A DNA stretch of 64,000 nucleotides from Caecitellus pseudoparvulus. Taxonomy: Eukaryota > Protista > Bigyra: Bicosoecida. Shown one piece after another: positions 57,401-64,000 of the stretch. The stretch spans positions 496,001-560,000 of the forward strand of contig CBFFRQ010000042.1 in NCBI GenBank assembly GCA_965644315.1, given 5' to 3'. The translations under genes and the position numbers were made by a program. The stretch's first letter is position 1. Every line of letters starts with the position of its first letter. The notes beneath the pieces were generated by a model. It searched no databases, was not told the origin of the DNA, and saw nothing but the letters and a program-made list of their open reading frames with translations.

Positions 57401-57943
57401 GCGGTATACCCGCGCCAGGCTGTCAGCGGCGACGTCGTCCCCAAAGTACGGCACAAAGCGCAGGACTGCCTGCTCCTTCCCCCGGACGTTGCGTGCGCAA
57501 GGCACAAATGTGAGTTTTGGTGGGAGCTGGGCAACTGCCGGCAGCTTGCATGGTGCAAGGTGCACACGGTGCGCCTTCCGCCGCAGGATGCCTCGGGCTC
57601 CATCTTCGTTGCCCGGCTGAAAGCGGCACGAAAAAACAACGCTGGGAGATTTAGACTTTAGCGACTCGCCTGCATCCTTCTTTACGTTGTCCTTGCGCAG
57701 AAAACGACGGGTGTGCCTGCCTTTCCGCAGCCCCTGGAAGGGGGTGCCTGACGTGCACGTGGAGCGAAACGCGTTTGAAACGACAGCGCGGCGAGCCGCG
57801 GCAGAAAGCGCCAAAGCCCGCAGCGCATATGCCCGGTTCAAGGACAGCACGTGCTCAATGCGTTCCTTCCGCCGAACATCATAGATGATTGCTGCTCGAG
57901 CCGCTTGCAGGCCCACAGCCGGCGCCTCGCTGCCTGCAGCCAT
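54431..57943 (-). CDS. E(z): Enhancer-of-zeste (EZH2/CLF-like) H3K27 methyltransferase, PRC2 catalytic subunit
   Basis: N-terminal LRFVPYFGD; CXC CAHPGPC..CPC..CSKHCAC..CPRRFLGCDC..RECDPDLC; SET AGFGLF..YSGEVISQLEAERRGSIYD..SYIFHLN..DATRRG.KLRFANHS.NPNC..ELTFDYGY. Confidence 0.9.
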   Translation of the reverse strand: MAAGSEAPAVGLQAARAAIIYDVRRKERIEHVLSLNRAYALRALALSAAARRAVVSNAFRSTCTSGTPFQGLRKGRHTRRFLRKDNVKKDAGESLKSKSPSVVFSCRFQPGNEDGARGILRRKAHRVHLAPCKLPAVAQLPPKLTFVPCARNVRGKEQAVLRFVPYFGDDVAADSLARVYRMRVRPDLAAERAVAESHARQGFIAVALLRQNGLSAPLVRWLASRFGPACLGALHRRASASQRRHEAASHEVWGAGIDSALPECALSHAVSTDALHQGQPPPPPLRCRFTTMDLVSGPDFRVVLPDQLAPQPTSRRVLLLQAAGLSQGGGGGVSRAVLPAPCSVQAAHALQAGLHNLLSRQDFTYASRLHAGCPLQDSGDCGHLRRTRQVPSARQADLLRRRVERAGAVSAQLHLMQWGRLAQDMPPVVCHLLHEAARLQGKPAPFGTPDSPPPGRLPSVYSARRVGPPTRTVLGAHELYPPLDTSGTEHLATLAGGRGDEPCADTAHACRHVPVGGGCGPHCALWHAQECRALTPGGGGAACRRSPLVAAAARGVSARLASWAHTPPTAREPFVHASQVGRQRPKPRARPDTPHPPSPAAPLSSLHLHLLHHVQPLAHGCVCALAQLMGVPCWRVAVAAASLGLHVWVANHPWTAAADVWGSTCAVPPPHTPLTPATRHLLALVHGAGVAPTSPVGRLLAAASEDEAGEGLASQPGLRRATEEGCRPHQVRAQAVLRLQMVQDTCGAVAVSGGPGARWGTAGCLPSDAVFLPHHATPVTMRSQLKVLRGHRKPPKGSLHNACLRWQARLSPAPGPSSPAPTVCAHPGPCRAGNVDWPCPCADAGVMCSKHCACWLECPRRFLGCDCGEGGCGPRCTCRMAQRECDPDLCACAQHEPCQAGLGHCRLPQGATATAALQAAAAAAQQVTRHHALKSQQRAAACPQWSAEVQGALLARLQGGAEGRARADCGNASMTLGWRVHTKVARSTIPHAGFGLFALQRVAAGQLIGTYSGEVISQLEAERRGSIYDHRNRSYIFHLNDGQCLDATRRGCKLRFANHSANPNCVARVVRVRDHDMAVGIFALTGIAPHTELTFDYGYSLAVSTSTLHRHAATHVGWAHGHRPKAAPLPAVGSGTGQTTAERGGGVKRPRPTTAGGERAGPSRAKAPRR

Positions 57944-58273
57944 CGTGCCTCGGCATGGGACCCGCGAGCGCACGCCGCGGAGACTGCCGGAAGAGGTGCG
58001 ATTCCTCACAAGAACATGAAAAAGTGGTGCATTCGGCCAGCAGCTGGCCGTCCCCCCCCTGCTGCTGGCCAACCACGGCGGTTTGGTAATTGACCCGTGG
58101 CTCCGAACGCAGCCAGGCAGGGCACAACTGGCGCGTGCCGCAAGGCAGGACGGCGCCGAAGCCGTCCACGCTGGAGCTCTATGTGGCATGTGAAGTTTCT
58201 GTGCGTGGCAGCCCCCCCCGCTTGGCTGTAGCGTGGTGAAGCAGCTAGCTCACGCTGCCAGTGGGTCTCCAGC

Positions 58274-58782
58274 TCACCGCTCGGCAGCGAACTGCCCAGT
58301 GCGGTATGCACCATACTGCACCTTCTTGGGCTTAATATTCGCCGCCTCCATGTCACAAGGACACAGGTGGTGCCTCAGCTTCAAGTAGCCATGCTCACAC
58401 CTGCGCAGGGGGCAGGGCACACGTGAGCAGCAGCCTCACAGGCTGGCCAGCGCCGCCCACTCACTTCGGGCAAGGGTACATGTGCTGCTTGTTGTCCAGC
58501 TGCTTCTCTGGGGCCATCTGCCTGATGCGCTTGCGCCTGTAGGACTTCTGTGCAGCGGGAGGCGCAGCAAGGCAGCGTTCAGCTTGAGCCTTCGCGTGCG
58601 GAAGTAGAGGAACGCACCTTGTGCTTAGGCACTGCCAGCAGCAACGCATCGTGCAGGACGTCCAGCAGCGCCTGTGCACTGGGTGTGGGTGCCGCCAGTG
58701 GGGCGCCTGCCACGGCAAACTGGGGGGCTGCCGGCCGGTGCAGGGCTCGCGCGATACGCGCCACCACAGCTGCGAGAGCCAT
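58274..58782 (-). CDS. MRPL32: Mitochondrial ribosomal protein L32 (bL32m, 3 exons)
   Basis: Presequence, then LLLAVPKHK|KSYRRKRIR...YPCPK|CEHGYLKLRHHLCPC; two GT-AG introns. Confidence 0.8.
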
Positions 58783-59184
58783 GCTTGTGTGGGTTGTGCG
58801 GGAGTTGGCAGCAGCACCACGCAGGGCACAGATGAAGCCAGGCGCACGTAGGGGGACCTGAGCATGCCTTCGCGGGTGACAAGGTACAGTGGGTGGTGGG
58901 GATGTGTGGCGCGCAGGGCAGTGGCGCTCTCCACAGACTTCCCGGCGCAGGGTGTGCCAGCGGAATGCCGGCACAAAGTCACCCCCAAGCAGGAGACTGG
59001 CTCTGGCACTTCGACAAAGCGCAGGCACTTCTCCGGCAGGGATGTGGTGCCAGCACGCCCTCTGCGCACCAATCACCGCGCAGCGTGCCCACGCGAGCGC
59101 CGTGCTGCTGCAGCTGCACTCGACTGCCATCTGTGGCGCTGTGCACACCCCCCCATCTGACCAGCGGCCACGCACTGCCGCGCC

Positions 59185-60985
59185 ATGGAGCTGGCGCCGT
59201 TGTTGAAGCTGTGGCAAGTGGTCCAAGATGAGGAGGATGTGGTGCAGCTCATCAAGGCCACTGCCGAGGGCATGCTGTCCTGCAGGACTGGCAGCTGTGC
59301 GTCGCCGCGTGGCGTGGAAGGTGAAACGCTACCGTCACACGCTCCGAGCGCCCTTCCCCCCCTCCGCAGCGGCCAGGCAAATGGTTGAATTGGTGGAGTG
59401 CATGGTGCATTCCATAGACATGACGCACCCCCAGGCGGCGTTTGCATTCCAAGGCGCCCAGTTCATTGACAGCATGTTTCGGAGGTGCACGCCGGAGGCG
59501 CGGGTGGCCATTCTGAATGGCCTGACAGCCTCCAAGAGCTTCATGCAGGGGGTGGCCAACATCGTCACGTGGCTGTCTGACGAAGTCCTGGCAGAAGTGC
59601 AGGCAGCTGACCCCACCTTCCGCCTCGTGGAGCCGGGCAGCCCCAGCTCGCCCGTTGCTCAGGCGTCCCGCGCCGCCTCGGGCAGCGGCGCCGACACTGG
59701 CTTGCGGCCCCACAGCAAGTCCTCCCTGGCCTCCTTCAAGTTCGTGCCGGTGAAGCACCCCCTGGTGCCTGTGGACGTCATGCCGCACGGCAGCCTGCTG
59801 AAGGTGCAGGCAGTGGGGCAGTGGCTGTGGGCGACGGTGTGGTTGGTGGACGAGAACCAGGGGCGTGCAGCCGACGTGACGTCTGCCTTCCACGCGTCGG
59901 CCACCACTGCCGCCGTGCGCCTGCTGGTGCTGCCGGGCCTCCCAGCCAACGTGCGGGATGACCGCCTGGTGCCGCTGCTGGAGCGCCTGGTGCGGCAGGC
60001 GGGCCAGGCGCAGCACCAGACCGCCTTCGTGAAGGGCCTGCTGGGCACGCCGTACACCCTGCACTGCCTCATGCAGGGGCCGACGGAGGGCCTGCCTGGC
60101 CTGGACCTCATCAGCACCAAGGCGTGGGTGGTGGAGCTCATGCAAGCCTGCGTGACGGGCTGCGAGCTGGCGGCGCTGGAGTACGTCGCCCGGGACGGCA
60201 TGAAGGTGTCTGACTGCCTCGTGCGCAAGTACATCCTGCAGCGCAAGCGCAGTGCCCGGGACGAGCCGGACATCTGCGGCAGGGTGTGCGCGCACACCGC
60301 CAGCACCATCAGCTTCATCGCCAAGAAGACCAGTCTGCGCGTCCTGGCGCTGGAGGAGGACGTGCCGGCGGCCCTGGCCGTCCTGCGGCTGTCCAGGGAC
60401 ATGCTGCAGCTGTGCATCAGGATACGCCACATGGAGGGTGTGCTGTTTGCCCTCAGCCTGGCCTCGGACCTGCTGCTCGTGGAGAAGCCGGCAGTGCTGG
60501 CGTGTGCCGTGCACGAGCTGGACCTGCCCCACCACGTGGCGCGGGCGGCGCATTGGTTTGCCTACCGCCGACGGGGTGACCCCAGCGCGGACCGCCTGGC
60601 GTCCACCTGCGCGTTGTTCTTCAAGAACATGGCGAACGGCCAAGGCATGGCGCAGAACCTCACCCCCCTCATGACTGTGGCCATGCTGGAGCTGGTGCTG
60701 TGCTCCGGCAAGGTGGCCACGGAGGCGTCGGCGGCCGTGACGAAGTTCAGGACTGCCAGCCCCAGCAACGAGTCTCTCATGAACACGGTGCGCTTTGTGG
60801 AGCGGTGGCGACCGGGCTGCCTCTTCCTCATGGACGACACTGGCCTGTCCTGCGCAGTGGCGGGCCGGCACGTGCGCTCTTCTGCGGCCGTCTTCGGCTC
60901 CATCATGGCGGTCTTCGTGCTGCTCGTTGTGCTGCTCGTGTGCCTGGCATTGTGGGCGTACCTCTCTGCCTTTGGGCTGGCTTGA
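59185..60985 (+). CDS. Hypothetical helical protein with C-terminal transmembrane anchor
   Basis: Long ORF with very high GC at third codon positions; C-terminal AVFGSIMAVFVLLVVLLVCLALWAYLSAFGLA. 5' exon structure uncertain and may extend to about 58965. Confidence 0.65.
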
Positions 60986-61164
60986 GGCGGCAAGCGGCAT
61001 AGCGCTGCAGAGGGTCCCCCCCCACGACCGAACTAAGCTGCACAGATGCCACAATGCATGCATAGATGCGACCAGGCTGCACGGGTTCCTTGACGACTGC
61101 CCTTTGCACGTGAAACACGGCTGTTTCTGCGCTCCACGTTTCAGCAGCGTTTCGCTCTACCAGC

Positions 61165-62124
61165 ATGGCGCTGGCAAGGCTCATGCATGTGGCGAGGCGG
61201 GAGGCTGTGTGGCGAGGCATGCGGCGCGCGTGCAGCACCTCCGCTCCAAAGCCCTCGAAGGCCGGCGGGTGGAACCCCTACGCAGAGCACAAGCCGCACA
61301 ACAACGACGTTATGTTTGGCGCGGAGTTCTCGGGCGACGCAGACGCAGCCAAGCAAGCAGAGCTGCGCAGCATGTGGGAGGACAGCATCTTCGCCTCGGC
61401 CAAGGGCGTGAAGAAGGCTGATGAGAGCGTGAAGGAGGATGAGGTGCTCCTGTACCGGGCTTCGTACACCAACCAGATGCGCCTGGCCTTGACTGCTGGC
61501 GTCATCCCCGTCGCGTACGGTGGCATGCTGCTGGTGGGGCGCCTCGCAGCGCTGTTCCCGCCGGAGTATGTGCCTTCCTACGCGCAGATCGCCCTGTGGT
61601 TGGGCGGGGGCGGCGCTCTGCTGGCCCTCACAGGGCGCATCGCCAACTTCAAGGTGCGGGAGGTGATCCTGACGCAGCAGGGGCGGGCGGTGCGCCTGCG
61701 CACCTTCCGTGCCCTCTCAGGCTTCGGCCCCTCCGTGACTGTACCAGTCACGGCGCTGTCTGAGCAGGTCATGGAGTCTGAGGATGCATTCCGGTACTTG
61801 GGCGTGGCAGAGGACGCGCCCAAGATGATGCTGCACCGGCAAGGGGAGGTGCTGCAGCCGCAGGCGCTGGAGCGCATCCTGTCCGGCTTGCCAGTGCACC
61901 TCAGCCACCTGGACACGCCCCCCGCACACACGGAGGGGTGGTTGGCTGGCTCAGCTTCCAGTGACGCTGAGCGGGGCCCCAGCACCGCCTCCGCTGCCGA
62001 GCGGGAGGATTTATCCGCCTGGCGAGTCGCCAAGGATGCCAACGGGCGCAAGTACTACTGGCACGCAGAGACGCGCGAGACGCGCTGGACGCGCCCTGGC
62101 AGTGCGTCTGCTGCCCGGGCGTAA
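61165..62124 (+). CDS. Probable mitochondrial 2-TM protein (TMEM70/186/223-like) with C-terminal WW domain
   Basis: R-rich presequence; LLYRA, then two hydrophobic helices, then VREVIL..GRAVRLRTF; WW: AWRVAKDANGRKYYWHAETRETRWTRP. Confidence 0.7.
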   Translation: MALARLMHVARREAVWRGMRRACSTSAPKPSKAGGWNPYAEHKPHNNDVMFGAEFSGDADAAKQAELRSMWEDSIFASAKGVKKADESVKEDEVLLYRASYTNQMRLALTAGVIPVAYGGMLLVGRLAALFPPEYVPSYAQIALWLGGGGALLALTGRIANFKVREVILTQQGRAVRLRTFRALSGFGPSVTVPVTALSEQVMESEDAFRYLGVAEDAPKMMLHRQGEVLQPQALERILSGLPVHLSHLDTPPAHTEGWLAGSASSDAERGPSTASAAEREDLSAWRVAKDANGRKYYWHAETRETRWTRPGSASAARA

Positions 62125-62139
62125 GGGCTCTCTGTGTGC

Positions 62140-63529
62140 CTAGGCCCGGGCGGGCGCCTCCTGCTGGGAGGATTCCACGCCTGGCTCGCCGGCAGGCACC
62201 GGCTCCGGGCGGAACACCTCAGCAGGCAGGGTGATGGTGGGGAGGGTGACACCGCCGCCAGCACTGCCCAGCTCTGCGTCTCCTGTGGGCGTGGAGGGTG
62301 CCCCCCCAGCCAGGGGGCCTTCCACCCACCGCACGAGGGGCGTGAAGCAGGAGGGGCGCGCGGTGCCCTCCAGGCAAGGCAGGTGCAGGCGGGTGGTGTC
62401 GTTGAGGGGTGCCAGGCGCGTGCCGGGCACGTTCACGATGACGAAGCCCGCGCAGACGAGGAGGGAGGCGGCGATGGTGGGCACGTCTGGCGCCTTGTGC
62501 AGGACGATCCAGTCCCCCAGCATGGCCATGGGGATGGTGAGGGCGATGCCGACAGTGCTGGCCGTCGCGCCGATGAACTGGATGGCGCCCGCCCACAGGA
62601 GGTCGGACAGGACGTTGTCCCCCAAGCCCTTCAGCACCAACCAGCCAAAGACGCTGGCGCTGAGGTGGTGCAGGGGCAGGGAGCCGGTCCAGTGCAGTGC
62701 CAGCAGCACGGGCAGCAGTGCGATGGCGTTGATGAGGCCAATGTACCCAAACACCCGCCGCAGGCTGACCGGCCCATCCACAGGCACCCAGGCATTGAAC
62801 ATGTTGGCGTACACGCCGTACATGCCTGCTGACACGAGGTTCAGCAGGAACCCCAGGGCAGAGGAGGAGCCTGAGCCCTGGGACGCCACGCCCAGCACGA
62901 CAGCCCCCACCACCTGCGCCGCCACGCCCAGCAGATGCAGGCCGTGCAAGGGTTTGCGCAGGACAGACACAGCCAGCGACAGGGTGAAGATGGAGGAGAG
63001 GTTGCTGAGGATGGTGCTGGTGGCGACACTGGACTCCCCCAGCGCCCAGTTGTACGAGCCCTGCGCCGCGAACCACACGCCAGCAATGAGCAGCGCCACC
63101 TTGGCCGTGTACAGCTCGCTGCCGGCGGGATGCTGCAGGCGGCTGGGTGTCGGGGCCAGCAGACCCCGGGTGTCCTCGGGTATCCCAGCGGAGGGCGTGG
63201 CTACGGGGGTTGCGGCGGCAGGCGGCGCAGGTGCCTTGCCGCTCCAAGCCCGCTCCACTGCCAGCCAGGGCAACCACAGCATGAAGAGGGAGTTGGAGAC
63301 GTACGTGAGGAAGAAGGGAGAGTTGAAGTGCAAGTCATCCTGTGGGAAGCGTGTGTGTGCAGTCACTGCCCAGCAGGGCACGCGGCAGCACCGGCGCTGC
63401 ACCCACGTAGATGAACTGCACGAGGTAGCTCGCAGCCGTCCACAGAAGCGCCACAGCCAGGACACACAGGGAGCCCACGACACGCCGCACGGCAGGAGTG
63501 TCGTGCAGCCCACACAGCAGCTTGGACAT
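62140..63529 (-). CDS. DMT/EamA-family transporter, SLC35F5-like (2 exons)
   Basis: VALLWTAASYLVQFIY|DDLHFNSPFFLTYVSNSLF, SSVATSTILSNLSSIFTL, FGYIGLIN and VLSDLLWA..TVGIALTIPMAMLGD; about 10 TM. Confidence 0.88.
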
Positions 63530-63747
63530 GGTAGCGAGTTCGCCCCTCCTTGCCCTCGTCCAACTCACTGGGGTGGACTGGTGGGGGTACAGAAGAGTGG
63601 GGACGTGGAGGAGTCGATTTCCGCAGGGTGAATTCTGCGCTGCAGGCAAATCTCACGACCTGTGACGCAGTCCGCATTTCACCCACAATAGCCCACACAA
63701 GTGCGTTGTAGTGCGAGCGTGGTTGTGTTGAGCACGTGCTTTTGCCC

Positions 63748-64000
63748 ATGGCTGCGCGGGAGGGCGTGCCTGCCGAGGAGGGTGTCCCATCGGAAGGGTC
63801 GGCGCCGCCTGCCTTCAACTTCAAGAAAGCCAAGACGTATGCCCGGCTAGTGGCTCAAATGCTGCCACCTGAGGGTGCCAAGGGGGATTGCGCACGCATG
63901 TCCATCGTGAGCTCCCGCCCTGGCAGCTCAGCCGCTCCCAACCACGACGATGCAAGGCGAAGGTCGCGCCCCCCCCAATCACAGGCACTGTGGGCCTTGG
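63748..64000 (+). CDS. 5' fragment of a hypothetical gene running off the window
   Basis: ATG 63748, MAAREGVPAEEG...FNFKKAKTYARLVAQML...MSI, followed by a GTGAGC donor near 63907. Confidence 0.45.
   Translation, partial: MAAREGVPAEEGVPSEGSAPPAFNFKKAKTYARLVAQMLPPEGAKGDCARMSIVSSRPGSSAAPNHDDARRRSRPPQSQALWAL

Noticed and set aside
59270-59369. Possible GC-AG intron in the 59185..60985 gene
   Set aside because: A canonical GT donor at 59321 gives the same phase, so a non-canonical site cannot be claimed without transcripts.
49022-63529. TPP-carrier-like and SLC35F5/Thi74-like genes as a thiamine cluster with a riboswitch
   Set aside because: They are about 12 kb apart with unrelated genes between, substrates are uncertain, and I saw no TPP aptamer consensus in introns or UTRs.
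59252-63631. Long antisense ORFs (e.g. 59252..61063, 62231..63631; also 30940..32175, 53843..55084)
   Set aside because: Expected opposite GC-rich, high-GC3 genes; they carry no recognisable motifs.

Overview
Gene-dense, GC-rich eukaryotic nuclear DNA with about 31 protein-coding genes. Most have short (about 60-120 nt) GT-AG introns and intergenic gaps are often under 100 nt. The style suggests a compact unicellular protist, possibly a heterotrophic stramenopile; this is inference, not shown by the sequence. Recognisable housekeeping genes: CDS1, importin-13/transportin-SR-like, NT5C3-like, CARM1, CHTOP-like, importin-alpha, IDI1, SAMHD1-like, NAA20, a divergent CDC48, RRP6, class I HDAC, a 2OG-Fe(II) oxygenase, a TPP carrier-like gene, E(z)/EZH2-like, bL32m and SLC35F5-like. 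I saw no rRNA, tRNA, CRISPR array or transposon. Three observations stand out. (1) A gene at 23.4-26.5 kb whose spliced product has a Cbl/STAT-like EF-hand plus an intact SH2 domain, followed by nine 63-bp repeats that each carry a YxxL tyrosine motif; it is a candidate multivalent phosphotyrosine scaffold. (2) Two diverged paralogous type-I surface proteins sharing a Cys-rich domain I cannot assign and a conserved intron position. (3) A recurrent AATGCA hexamer just after stop codons, a candidate non-canonical poly(A) signal that forms the palindrome AATGCATT between some convergent genes. Gene models were spliced by eye; no database searches were run.
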